Shown here: piece after piece, positions 31,339-40,908 of the stretch
Position numbering within the stretch: the first letter of the stretch is position 1
Layout: each line of letters starts with the position of its first letter
Assembly (NCBI GenBank): GCA_963821385.1
Contig: CAWGDK010000003.1
Span: 74,699 to 138,698 of the forward strand
Source of the DNA: an uncultured Gemmatimonadales bacterium
GTDB taxonomy: Bacteria; Gemmatimonadota; Gemmatimonadetes; Gemmatimonadales; GWC2-71-9
DNA: 64,000 bases
Direction of reading: 5' to 3'
Program-made: the position numbers and the translations under genes
Notes under the pieces: model-generated
What the model was told of the DNA's origin: nothing
The model's input: only the letters and a program-made list of their open reading frames with translations
Database searches by the model: none

Positions 31339-32510
31339 TCCTTGGGGAGCATCGAGCTCAAGTCGTCGGTAAACCCGGCGGGCCGATCCTCTTCGGCAAC
31401 CGCCGGGGCCGGCTCCTCAACCGGCGCGGCGGTCGACATGGTGCGGCGCCGCAACGTGCGCATCTGTAGCTCGAAATCGGCCGGGTTCGAGGAGGCCGTG
31501 GCCGCCGTCTCGTAGGTCACGGTCCCGTCACTCACCAGGTCCATGAGATGCTGGTCGAAGGTCTGCATCCCGTATTGCTCGCGCGATCCCTTGATGTACT
31601 CGTGCAGCTCCGGCGTCCGGTCCGCGTCGCGGATCATGTCCCGCGCGGTGGCGGTGCACAACAGGATCTCCAGCGCCGCTGCCCGTCCCTTGCCGTCGGC
31701 GCGCGGCAGCAGGCGCTGTGACACGACCGCCTGCAGCGCCTCGGCGAGGCGCAGCCGGGCGATGCCCTGCTCTTCCGACGGAAACATCGCGATGATGCGG
31801 TTGACCGTGCTGACCGCGTCGGGCGTGTGGAGGGTCGAGATCAGCAGGTGCCCGGTTTCGGCGGCCTTCATGGCCGTGTCGATCGTTTCGGCATCGCGCA
31901 TCTCCCCGATCAACACCACATCGGGATCCTGCCGCAGTGCGGCGCGCAGCCCCATGCGGAAGTCGTCGGTGTCGGTGCCGATTTCCCGCTGCGTGATCGA
32001 GCAGTTGACGTCGCGGTGCAGGAACTCGATCGGACTCTCGAGCGTCAGCACGTGCTTGTGCTGCGTCTGATTGATGTGATTCACGATCGCCGCCATGGTC
32101 GAGGTCTTCCCCGACCCGGTCACGCCGGTCACCAGGACCATGCCTCGCTCCGCAGTGGCGACCTGGCCCAGCGCCGTCGGCAATTTCAGAGACTCGAACG
32201 TGGGAACGTCGAACGGAATGACCCGCATCACGATCATGAACGACGAGCGCTGCCGCAGGATATTCACGCGGAACCGGCCGATGCCCGGCATCCCCCACGA
32301 GCAATCGTAGTCCCGGATCTTGTCGATCCGAGCCTTGTCCTCTTCTGTGGGAATCAGCTGCTTCGCGATGGCCTTGGTCTGCTCGGGGGTCAGCCGCTGC
32401 TTGGTGAGCGGCACCAGGCGGCCGTTGATGCGCGCCCGAAACACGTCGCCCGCCTTGATGTGCAGGTCCGACGCCCCACGATCGACCGCCGCCTTGATGA
32501 TCTTCTCCAT
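31335..32510 (-). CDS. pilT: PilT/PilU-family type IV pilus ATPase
   Basis: ASDLHI, TGVTGSGKTST, LRAALRQDPDVVLIGEMRD, AETGHL..STLHT, GMQTFDQ. Confidence 0.88.
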   Translation of the reverse strand: MEKIIKAAVDRGASDLHIKAGDVFRARINGRLVPLTKQRLTPEQTKAIAKQLIPTEEDKARIDKIRDYDCSWGMPGIGRFRVNILRQRSSFMIVMRVIPFDVPTFESLKLPTALGQVATAERGMVLVTGVTGSGKTSTMAAIVNHINQTQHKHVLTLESPIEFLHRDVNCSITQREIGTDTDDFRMGLRAALRQDPDVVLIGEMRDAETIDTAMKAAETGHLLISTLHTPDAVSTVNRIIAMFPSEEQGIARLRLAEALQAVVSQRLLPRADGKGRAAALEILLCTATARDMIRDADRTPELHEYIKGSREQYGMQTFDQHLMDLVSDGTVTYETAATASSNPADFELQMRTLRRRTMSTAAPVEEPAPAVAEEDRPAGFTDDLSSMLPKE

Positions 32511-33538
32511 TAGTACCCCGCGTCCAGGTCCACCTGGTTCACGAGCGACGACCCCGCAAGATAGCGCCGGATGTTCTCCAGAATGAGCCCGGATTCCCGC
32601 TCCCAGAACCGGTCCGTGACGGGGCTGATATGCGGGCTCACGAGCACGCGCGGGTGGGTCCACAAAGGATGCTCGGGCGGGAGCGGCTCCGTGGCGAACA
32701 CATCGAGCGCGGCCCCGCGTAACCGGCCCGCGTCGAGCTGCTCCAACAGCGCCTGGTCGTCGAGCAGGGTGCCGCGCGACACGTTGATCACCACGGCGCC
32801 GTCCGGCAGCCGGGCGAGCACGTCACGTCCCACGGCGGCATCGGTCTCGTCCGTACGCGGCGCCGAGATCACCAGCGCATCGCTCTCGGCCGCGAGCCGC
32901 GGGAGATCCGCGCGCCCGCCGACCCAGGCGACGCCGGCCGGACCGCCGCGTTCCGGATGGCGGCGGATTCCCGCGACACGCATCCCCAGCGCGAGCGCCC
33001 GCCGGGCGACGGCCGTCCCGATCCCCCCCAGGCCCAGGATGCCGAGGCGAATATCGGCCAGCTCCCGGACCCGGATCGTGCGCTCGCCGTACGCGCCCTG
33101 GATCCATTGTCGTGCGGCCTGCGCGCGGACCACATGATCGAAGCCCTTGGCGAAGTGCGCCAGAGCGGCGAGTACCCAGTCGGCGATCGGCTCGGCGTGA
33201 ATCGCGGCGGAGTTGGTCAGCTGGATGGTGCTGCCGCGCAACGCGGCCAAACTGGCTCCGATGCCGGCGGTGCAGCTGTGGATCCACCGCAGGGTGTCGC
33301 GGCCGGCCGCGACCACGCCGGGGGGAACCCCGAACCCGATGTACACCTCGGCTCCCCGCGCCGCGGCCACGGCTTCCGGGGAACCCGAGCCGCCGTCGCC
33401 GTCCGACGAAACGGGGGCGGCGATTTCGATCAGCTCCCAGCCTCCGCCCAGAGCCCGGCGCACGGCCGTGACGACCTCGGGAGTGACACGCCACACCGGC
33501 CGTTGCGTCCGGAGATCGAGAATGAGACGGCGGCTCAC
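32510..33538 (-). CDS. D-2-hydroxyacid dehydrogenase family protein
   Basis: GLGGIG Rossmann motif, INVSRG, AALDVFATEPLP, SPH. Confidence 0.9.
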   Translation of the reverse strand: MSRRLILDLRTQRPVWRVTPEVVTAVRRALGGGWELIEIAAPVSSDGDGGSGSPEAVAAARGAEVYIGFGVPPGVVAAGRDTLRWIHSCTAGIGASLAALRGSTIQLTNSAAIHAEPIADWVLAALAHFAKGFDHVVRAQAARQWIQGAYGERTIRVRELADIRLGILGLGGIGTAVARRALALGMRVAGIRRHPERGGPAGVAWVGGRADLPRLAAESDALVISAPRTDETDAAVGRDVLARLPDGAVVINVSRGTLLDDQALLEQLDAGRLRGAALDVFATEPLPPEHPLWTHPRVLVSPHISPVTDRFWERESGLILENIRRYLAGSSLVNQVDLDAGY

Positions 33539-34203
33539 TCCCCGGTCGAAACGGATCGCACGCCCGGTTGATGCAACACGGCGGTGCGCGCCTGATCGTG
33601 CAGGCGCTTGGGGCCGCGCAGCTCGAACTCGATCACGAGGTCGACGTTTTCACGGCGCGATTCCATGCGGATCACATCGAGACCGGTCCGGCGCACCAGC
33701 GTCTCCAGCGATTCGAGCGCGCCGTCGGTCGGCGAAGTGTGGACCACGAGCCGGCTGTGGGTGGCCCGCCGGGCGATGAAGCGCTCCACGAACCCCAGGC
33801 CGGCCAGGACGATCATGACGAGCAGCGTGGTGCCGGCGGCTTCGACGTACGCCGCCGACCCGACCGCCATGCCGATCGCCGACACGACCCAGATGGTGGC
33901 CGCGCTGGTCAATCCCGTCACGGAGCCGCGAGAATGCAGGATGGTGCCGGCCCCGATGAACCCGACGCCGGTCAGGATCTGCGCCGCCACCCGTCCCGGA
34001 TCGCCCCGCCCGGCGGCCATCTTCATCGATAGCACCGTGAACAACGTCGCCCCGACACAGATCAGAATGTTGGTTCGCAGGCCGGCGGGTTTGCCCGACA
34101 GCTCCCGCTCCATCCCGATCGCCCCCCCCAGCAGCGCCGAGAGCGCCAACTGCACCAGCAGCTCGAGATGCAGCGATTCCGCGACGCTGGGGAATGCCGG
34201 CAT
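33535..34203 (-). CDS. MgtC/SapB family membrane protein
   Basis: IGMERE...PAGLRT, DPGRVAAQILTGVGFIGAGTI, GLTSAATIW. Confidence 0.93.
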   Translation of the reverse strand: MPAFPSVAESLHLELLVQLALSALLGGAIGMERELSGKPAGLRTNILICVGATLFTVLSMKMAAGRGDPGRVAAQILTGVGFIGAGTILHSRGSVTGLTSAATIWVVSAIGMAVGSAAYVEAAGTTLLVMIVLAGLGFVERFIARRATHSRLVVHTSPTDGALESLETLVRRTGLDVIRMESRRENVDLVIEFELRGPKRLHDQARTAVLHQPGVRSVSTGE

Positions 34204-35189
34204 CACTCCGCCTCGCTGAGGAAACCCATGCGGCGGCGTACCTCGTGCATGGTACGGCGTGCAATGTCGCGCGCGCGCTCCGCCCCACTGGTCAACAACG
34301 CGCGGACGCGGCCGGGATTGCCCTGCAACGCGACGGCGCGCTCGCGGACCGGTGCCAGGGCGGCTATCATTTGGTCCGCCAGCACGCGTTTGCAGTCGAG
34401 GCACCCCCAGCCAGCGGTGCGGCAGTTCACCGCGACCGTCTGCTGTACGTCCGGCGGCGAGAATCCCTGATGGATGGTGAACACGTTGCACAGATCGGGG
34501 TTGCCGGGATCTTTGCGCGTCTTGCGGGCCGGATCGGTGGCGGCGGGCCGCAGCTTCTCCCAGATCGCCTCCGGCGATTCGAGCAGGCCGATCGTGTTGC
34601 CGAGACTCTTGGACATCTTGGCTTTCCCATCGAGTCCCAACACGCGCTTGGACGTCGTGAGCTGAGCCTGGGGCTCCGGGAAAAAACCGGCGCCGTATCT
34701 TCCGTTCCACCGGCGAGCGATTTCCCGCATCAGCTCGAGGTGCTGCAGCTGGTCTTCACCCACCGGGACGAGCGTCGCCAGATAGAGCAGCACGTCGGCG
34801 GCCTGCAGCACGGGGTAGTTCAGGATCCCCGCGGGAATGCTTTCCATTTGTTGCGATTTGTCCTTGAACTGGGTCTGTCGTTCAAGCTCACCCAGCGGCG
34901 TCACGGTGGTGAGGATCCAGTTCAGCTCGGTGTGCTCGGCGACGTGCGACTGAACGAATAGGATCGCCTTGTCCGGATCGATCCCAGCGGCCAGCAGCCC
35001 GACCGCCATGTCGTGCGTGCGCTGCGGCAGCTCGGCCGGGTCATAAACTTGGGTGATCGCGTGCAGGTCGACGATTGAGAACAGGCACTCGTGCTGATGT
35101 TGTAGGCGGACCCAGTTCTGGACCGCCCCGAGGTAGTTTCCGATGTGCAGGTCCCCGGAGGGCTGGATGCCGCTGAACACGCGCGCCAT
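34203..35189 (-). CDS. trpS: Tryptophan--tRNA ligase
   Basis: SGIQPSG.LHIGNY, YPVLQAAD, VPVGEDQ, KMSKS. Confidence 0.97.
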   Translation of the reverse strand: MARVFSGIQPSGDLHIGNYLGAVQNWVRLQHQHECLFSIVDLHAITQVYDPAELPQRTHDMAVGLLAAGIDPDKAILFVQSHVAEHTELNWILTTVTPLGELERQTQFKDKSQQMESIPAGILNYPVLQAADVLLYLATLVPVGEDQLQHLELMREIARRWNGRYGAGFFPEPQAQLTTSKRVLGLDGKAKMSKSLGNTIGLLESPEAIWEKLRPAATDPARKTRKDPGNPDLCNVFTIHQGFSPPDVQQTVAVNCRTAGWGCLDCKRVLADQMIAALAPVRERAVALQGNPGRVRALLTSGAERARDIARRTMHEVRRRMGFLSEAE

Positions 35190-35228
35190 GGCGTCACAAC
35201 CTAAGGCTGTGGAGGGAAGAGCCGCAAG

Positions 35229-36017
35229 GTGCAGGCACTCAAGGACTTAGTCAACGTCGCCGAGCGCGCCGCGGAGCGGGCCGCCAACCTGATCCGGGGC
35301 GCTCGTCCGCCGACCGCGGAGGCGTGGACCGAGAAGACGCGACACGACTTCGCGACCCAGGTGGATCGCGAGGCGGAGGAGTTGATCGCCGAGACGCTCA
35401 CCGACCTGGTGCCCGGCTCGGAAGTCGTCGGGGAAGAACTCTCGCCCGACGCGGAGCGTCGCGCGCAGGTGGTGTGGCTGGTCGACCCGCTCGACGGCAC
35501 CACCAACTATCTGCACAGCTACCCGCAGTTCGCGGTGTCGATCGCCGCCGTGGTGAGCGGCGTCCTGAGTGTCGGCGTGGTGCACGACGTGGCGCGCGAC
35601 GTGGCGTACCGGGCCTCGCGCGGACAGGGTGCCTGGTCCGGAGGGCGCCGGCTCGCGGTATCGACCCTGGCGGATCCATCTCGCGCCCTCGTCGGCACCG
35701 GCTTTCCGTTTCGGCAGCTGGACCAGCTGGACACCTACCTCACCCAGTTCGCCGCCGTCACACGCGCGGTGAGCGGCATCCGTCGCGCCGGGTCTGCCGC
35801 ACTCGATCTGGCCGACGTGGCCGCCGGCCGCTTCGATGCGTTCTGGGAGCTGACCCTTGCGCCGTGGGACGTCGCCGCGGGCGTGTTGCTGGTGCGGGAA
35901 GCCGGTGGTCTGGTCACCACGCGCGAAGGCTCCGAGGACGTGCTCGGACACGGATCAATCGTGGCTGGGAATCCGGCGCTGCACCAATGGCTGATCACAC
36001 TGCTGCGGAATCCCTGA
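35229..36017 (+). CDS. suhB: Inositol monophosphatase (SuhB family)
   Basis: WLVDPLDGTTNY, RRAGSAALDL, WDVAAG. Confidence 0.9.
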   Translation: MQALKDLVNVAERAAERAANLIRGARPPTAEAWTEKTRHDFATQVDREAEELIAETLTDLVPGSEVVGEELSPDAERRAQVVWLVDPLDGTTNYLHSYPQFAVSIAAVVSGVLSVGVVHDVARDVAYRASRGQGAWSGGRRLAVSTLADPSRALVGTGFPFRQLDQLDTYLTQFAAVTRAVSGIRRAGSAALDLADVAAGRFDAFWELTLAPWDVAAGVLLVREAGGLVTTREGSEDVLGHGSIVAGNPALHQWLITLLRNP

Positions 36018-36019
36018 GC

Positions 36020-37468
36020 ATGCCCGCCCCGCTCGTCGAATGCGTGCCCAATTTCTCGGACGGTCGCGACCCGGCGACCCTGGAGGCGCTGCGGGCGGCA
36101 CTGACCGGCGTTCCCGGCGTGCGGCTCCTGGACGTGCAAGCCGACGCGTCTCATCACCGCTCCGTCTTCACGTTGGTCGCTCCACCCGAGGCGGCCGCCG
36201 AGGCGGCCTTCCGCGCGATGCGCGTCGCGCGGGACCGGATCGATCTCACGCGTCACACGGGCGAGCACCCGCGCATGGGCGCCACCGACGTGGTGCCGTT
36301 CATTCCGGTCCGCGACGTCACGATGGACGAGTGCGTCGCGCTGGCGAAGCGTCTGGCGGACCGCGTGGGGACGGAGCTCGAGATCCCGGTGTTCCTCTAC
36401 GCCCGGGCGGCGACCCGGCCCGAGCGCGAGCGGCTGCCCGACATCCGTAAAGGGGAATTCGAAGGGCTGCGCGGGCGGATCGGGACCGATCCTGCCGTGG
36501 CGCCCGATGCCGGTCCGCCCCGCATCCACCCGACGGCCGGCGCGACGGCCATCGGGGCCCGGCCGTTTCTCGTCGCCTACAACATCTATCTCGATTCGAG
36601 TGACGTCGGGCTCGCCAAGGACATCGCCAAGCAGATCCGGACGTCCGGCGGCGGCTTCCCGGGCGTCCAGGCGAGCGGGTTCGACGTGGGCGGACGCGCG
36701 CAGGTCTCCATGAACCTGCTCGACATCGATGTCACCGGCCCGGCCACGGTATTCGCCGCCGTGGAAACCGCGGCCCGGGCGCGTGGCGTGGGCATCCTGA
36801 AGAGCGAAATCGTCGGCCTCATCCCGGAGCGTGGCATCCTGGGCGCGGGCGCGGCGGCGCTCAAGCTGCCCGACGCCGCGGATCACCTGCTGGAAGCAAA
36901 GATCCGGGCGGCGGAGGGGCCCACCCTGGACGGCTGGATCGACGAGCTGGCAGGAGCGACCCCCGTGCCCGGCGGCGGCAGTGCGGCGGCCCTCGCCGGC
37001 GTCCTGTCGGGGGCGTTGATTGCGATGGTGGCCCGTCTGACGATCGGACGGAAAGCGTACGCGGCCGTCGAGCCTCGGGCCCGGGTCATCCTGGCGGAGG
37101 CCGAGTCGCTGCGGGGCGAGCTGCGTCGCCTCGTCGATGAGGATGCGGCGGCATACACCGCCGTGAGCGAGGCCTACACGGTGCCCAAGGATGATCCGAC
37201 GCGCGCGGCCCGCATCGATCAGGCGCTGCTGGGCGCCGCGCACACGCCGCTCGAAGCCGCGCGACGAGCCGACCGGTTGATGGGCTTGGCGCGGGAGATC
37301 GGGGCCATCGGGAACAAGAATGCCCGGTCCGACGCGCTCGTGGCCGAAGGGTTGGCCCGGGCGGCGCTGGCGGGAGCGCTGGAAAACGTGCGGGTGAACG
37401 TCGCGGCGCTGTCGGAGGCGGCCCTCGGGAACAGCCTGCTCGCCGCGGCGGAGGGACTCGGCCGCTAG
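36020..37468 (+). CDS. ftcd: Glutamate formimidoyltransferase fused to cyclodeaminase domain
   Basis: VECVPNFSDGR, GEHPRMGATDVVPF, QVSMNL; C-terminal PVPGGGSAAA and NVRVN cyclodeaminase motifs. Confidence 0.92.
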   Translation: MPAPLVECVPNFSDGRDPATLEALRAALTGVPGVRLLDVQADASHHRSVFTLVAPPEAAAEAAFRAMRVARDRIDLTRHTGEHPRMGATDVVPFIPVRDVTMDECVALAKRLADRVGTELEIPVFLYARAATRPERERLPDIRKGEFEGLRGRIGTDPAVAPDAGPPRIHPTAGATAIGARPFLVAYNIYLDSSDVGLAKDIAKQIRTSGGGFPGVQASGFDVGGRAQVSMNLLDIDVTGPATVFAAVETAARARGVGILKSEIVGLIPERGILGAGAAALKLPDAADHLLEAKIRAAEGPTLDGWIDELAGATPVPGGGSAAALAGVLSGALIAMVARLTIGRKAYAAVEPRARVILAEAESLRGELRRLVDEDAAAYTAVSEAYTVPKDDPTRAARIDQALLGAAHTPLEAARRADRLMGLAREIGAIGNKNARSDALVAEGLARAALAGALENVRVNVAALSEAALGNSLLAAAEGLGR

Positions 37469-37472
37469 GCGG

Positions 37473-38228
37473 TCATTGCGTCAGGATGCGGGGGGCGGCC
37501 CCCTCCGTGCCGATGGCCACCGTATGCTCGAAGTGCGCCGACAGCTCTCCGTCGGCGGTCACCACCGTCCATTTGTCCGGCAGCGTCCGGATCTCCGGAC
37601 TCCCCACATTCACCATTGGCTCGATGGCGATCGTCATGCCGGACACCAGGCGGGGACCCCGCTTCGGCTTGCCGTAGTTGGGGACCTGGGGCTCCTCGTG
37701 GAAACTCGCCCCGATGCCGTGCCCGACCATCTCCCGCACCACCGAAAACCCGGCCGCCTCGGCCACCTGCTGCACCGCGTGCCCGATGTCCCCGACGTGG
37801 TTGTCGACGCGCGCCTCCGCGATCCCTGCGGCCAGCGCCGCCTGGGTGATCTCGAGCAGCCGACGGGTCTCGGGAGCGATCGGTCCCACCGGAAACGTCG
37901 CCGCGGAATCCGCGTGCAGGCCTTCGAGCTGCACGCCGACGTCGATGCTGATGACGTCGCCCTCGCGCACCACGCGCTTGGCCGATGGAATCCCGTGCAC
38001 GACTTCATGGTTGATCGATGTGCACAAGGTGGCGGGGAAATCGTACAGCCCCTTGAACGACGGGCGGGCCCCGGGGTGCGAGCGGATGAATTCCTCCGCC
38101 ACGCGGTCCAGCTCTTTGGTGGAGATGCCGGGCCGGACCGTCCGTCCCATCAGCGCCAGCGTGTCGGCGACGATGCGGCCGGCGGCCGCCATCGTTTCGA
38201 TCTCCCGCGACGACTTGATGGTGATCAT
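37473..38228 (-). CDS. map: Methionine aminopeptidase type I
   Basis: CTSINHEVVHGIP, GHGIG..FHEEP, AIEPM, SAHFEHT. Confidence 0.97.
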   Translation of the reverse strand: MITIKSSREIETMAAAGRIVADTLALMGRTVRPGISTKELDRVAEEFIRSHPGARPSFKGLYDFPATLCTSINHEVVHGIPSAKRVVREGDVISIDVGVQLEGLHADSAATFPVGPIAPETRRLLEITQAALAAGIAEARVDNHVGDIGHAVQQVAEAAGFSVVREMVGHGIGASFHEEPQVPNYGKPKRGPRLVSGMTIAIEPMVNVGSPEIRTLPDKWTVVTADGELSAHFEHTVAIGTEGAAPRILTQ

Positions 38229-38788
38229 CGGCCCAGAATCCGCTGAATCTCCAGCGCGATGTCGTCGATCGTGCCCAGGCCCGGCACCCGGTGCACGATG
38301 CCGCGTTCGGCGAAATGGGCGATGAGCGGGGCCGTTTCCTGCCGGTACACGTTCAACCGGGTGAGAATCGTCTCCGGGGTGTCGTCGGTGCGGCCTTCCT
38401 GGATGGCGCGGCCATGCAGCCGGCGCACCAGCTCTTCTTCCGGGACATCGAGCAGCAGGACGTGGTTCAACCGCAAGCCACGCAGCGCCAGCGTCTTGTC
38501 CACCAGCTCAGCCTGGGCGGCGGTGCGGGGAAACCCGTCGAAGATGGCGCCCTGCTGGGCTTCGGGCTTCGCCAGCTCGGATTTGATGAGCTCGAGGATG
38601 ACCGTATCGGGGACCAGCTTCCCGGCGTCGTAGAAGCGCTTCGCTTCCTTGCCGAGCGGGGTCTCGGCCTTCATGGCGGCGCGCAGGATGTCGCCGGTGG
38701 CGATCTTGGGCACCCCCAGGCGTCGCGACAGAATCAGTCCCTGCGTGCCCTTGCCCGAGCCAGGTGCGCCAAGGAGCAGGATGTACAC
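38225..38788 (-). CDS. adk: Adenylate kinase (short-lid type)
   Basis: GAPGSGKGTQ, TGDILR, DGFPRT, GRTDD. Confidence 0.96.
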   Translation of the reverse strand: MYILLLGAPGSGKGTQGLILSRRLGVPKIATGDILRAAMKAETPLGKEAKRFYDAGKLVPDTVILELIKSELAKPEAQQGAIFDGFPRTAAQAELVDKTLALRGLRLNHVLLLDVPEEELVRRLHGRAIQEGRTDDTPETILTRLNVYRQETAPLIAHFAERGIVHRVPGLGTIDDIALEIQRILGR

Positions 38789-38797
38789 GGCGGCTGG

Positions 38798-40108
38798 CTA
38801 GCGGGGCCGACCGCGGAACTTGATTCGGCCTTCCTTCATGAAGCCGTCGTAGTGACGCAGCAGCAGATGCTGTTGCACCTGCTGGACGGTATCGAGCGCG
38901 ACACCGACGACGATCAACAGCGCGGTGCCGCCAAAGCCGAACGGCATGTTCATGATGTTGCTGACCAAAATCGGCAGCAACGCGATGAGGGTGAGGAAGA
39001 TCGAACCGGGCAACGTGATGCGCGACAGTACTTCATCGATGTAGTCGGCCGTCGCCGCCCCCGGCTTCACGCCGGGGATGAACCCGCCCTGCTTCTTGAG
39101 GTTCTCCGCCAGGTCCACCGGATTGAAGATGATGGACGTGTAGAAATAGGCAAAGAAGATGATCAACAGCGCCATCGTGATGAGGTAGGCCGGCGAGGTA
39201 GTGGTAAAGTAGCTCGCCAGCTGCTTCAGTACCGGCACGTTCGTGAACGTGGCGAACGTCGCCGGCAGTACGATGATCGATTGCGCGAACACGATGGGCA
39301 TCACGCCCGACGTGTTGATGCGTAACGGAATGAACGTCTTGCGGCCCTCCGCGATCCGACCCCGCCCCATCACCTTGCGCGGAATCTGAATCGGGATGCG
39401 GCGGGAGGCCACGGTCACCGCCACCGTGCCCGCCACCACCAGCACCATCATGGCCAGGATGACGAGCAGCACACCGAACTTGATCGATCCGGCTTGCAGC
39501 GCCTCGATGGTCCGCCCCATCTCCGGCCAGAGGCGGTCGACGATCGAGAAAAAGATCATCAGGCTCTGACCGTTGCCCAGACCGCGCTCGGTGATCTGCT
39601 CCGCGAGCCACATCACCAGCACGCCGCCCGTGGTCAGAATGAGCGCGGTCGTGAACTCGAAGCCCAGCCCGGGGTTGGTCACCGCGCCCTGCACCTGGGC
39701 TTCCAGGAACTTCGCATAGCCGACGCCCTGCCCCAGGCAGATGAGCACGGTGAGATAGCGGGTCCACTGCGTGATCCGCTTCTTGCCTTCCTCGTCCCGT
39801 TGCAGCTTCTCGACCACCGGGAACACCGGCCCGGCCATCTGGAACACGATGCTGGCGGAGATGTAGGGCATGATGCCCAGCGCGAATACCGATGCCCGCC
39901 AGAACCCGCCGCCCGCGAACAGATCGTACAGGTTCAGCAGCGTCCCTTGGGCCGCGCCACGCGTATAGTCCGCGATCGCCTGGACGTTTACTCCCGGCAC
40001 GGCCAAGTGGGCGCCGAGCCGGTAAATGACCAGGCAGAGGAGCGTGAAGAGGATCTTTTCCTTCAGCTCCGGAACTTTGAAGAGATTCGGAATCCGCGGG
40101 GCGGTCAC
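38798..40108 (-). CDS. secY: Preprotein translocase SecY
   Basis: SVFALGIMPYISASI, EQITERGLGNG, FIPGVKPG, GGTALLIVVGV. Confidence 0.98.
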   Translation of the reverse strand: MTAPRIPNLFKVPELKEKILFTLLCLVIYRLGAHLAVPGVNVQAIADYTRGAAQGTLLNLYDLFAGGGFWRASVFALGIMPYISASIVFQMAGPVFPVVEKLQRDEEGKKRITQWTRYLTVLICLGQGVGYAKFLEAQVQGAVTNPGLGFEFTTALILTTGGVLVMWLAEQITERGLGNGQSLMIFFSIVDRLWPEMGRTIEALQAGSIKFGVLLVILAMMVLVVAGTVAVTVASRRIPIQIPRKVMGRGRIAEGRKTFIPLRINTSGVMPIVFAQSIIVLPATFATFTNVPVLKQLASYFTTTSPAYLITMALLIIFFAYFYTSIIFNPVDLAENLKKQGGFIPGVKPGAATADYIDEVLSRITLPGSIFLTLIALLPILVSNIMNMPFGFGGTALLIVVGVALDTVQQVQQHLLLRHYDGFMKEGRIKFRGRPR

Positions 40109-40641
40109 GCGCCGGCGCCCTCGATGGTGCCGCCCGCCGCCTCGATCTTGGTGCGCGCCGACCCCGACACGCCGACCCCCTTCACCACGAAGCCACGCTT
40201 CACCTCACCCATCCCGAGCAGTTTGATCGGCGTATCCGGCCGTCGCACCAGACCCGCCCCGAACAGCGTTTCGGGCGTGACTTCCGCCCCCTCCGCCAGC
40301 AGTCCGAGGTGACGGACGTTGACCACCTGGGCTTCCTGCTTGAACGGATTCGTGAAGCCCCGCTTGGGGATGCGGCGAATGAGCGGCATCTGGCCGCCCT
40401 CGAAGCCTGGCCGCGTACCGCCGCCAGCGCGCGCCCGTTGGCCCTTCTGGCCGCGGCCCGATGTCTTGCCGATGCCCGAGCCCGGGCCACGTCCCACGCG
40501 GCTGGGCTTGTGGGTGGAACCGCGGGGCGGTCGCAGCGTGGACAACGTCACCACCGGCATGGACTCGGCCGGTTTCTTGGTGCGGGGCTTCGCGGGCTTG
40601 GCAGCGCGCCGAGCCTTCGGTTTTGCTTTCGCTTTCGCCAT
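40105..40641 (-). CDS. rplO: 50S ribosomal protein L15 (Lys/Ala-rich N-terminal extension)
   Basis: RVGRGPGSG.GKTSGRGQKGQ, FEGGQMPL.RRIPKRGF. Confidence 0.96.
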   Translation of the reverse strand: MAKAKAKPKARRAAKPAKPRTKKPAESMPVVTLSTLRPPRGSTHKPSRVGRGPGSGIGKTSGRGQKGQRARAGGGTRPGFEGGQMPLIRRIPKRGFTNPFKQEAQVVNVRHLGLLAEGAEVTPETLFGAGLVRRPDTPIKLLGMGEVKRGFVVKGVGVSGSARTKIEAAGGTIEGAGA

Positions 40642-40647
40642 CGTTGC

Positions 40648-40908
40648 TTACCCTTTGACCGCGGTCACCCGGACGAGGTGCCGCACCTGGTACAACATGC
40701 CGCGCAGTGCCGGATGATCAGCCTGGACCACGATGTCCTGGTGGTGCTTCAGGCCCAGCGCCACCAGCGTGCGCTTCACGCGGGCGGGTTTGCCGGAACC
40801 TGAGCGCATTTGGCGGATCTCGAGCTTCCCCTTGCCGGCCGGGGGCATCACGGGATCGACGCCTTTGACCTTCTTGCGGTGCTTTCGTGTGGGCGGATTC
40901 CTAGACAT
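40648..40908 (-). CDS. rpmD: 50S ribosomal protein L30
   Basis: [18 protein letters not shown]; position in the spc operon. Confidence 0.92.
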   Translation of the reverse strand: MSRNPPTRKHRKKVKGVDPVMPPAGKGKLEIRQMRSGSGKPARVKRTLVALGLKHHQDIVVQADHPALRGMLYQVRHLVRVTAVKG

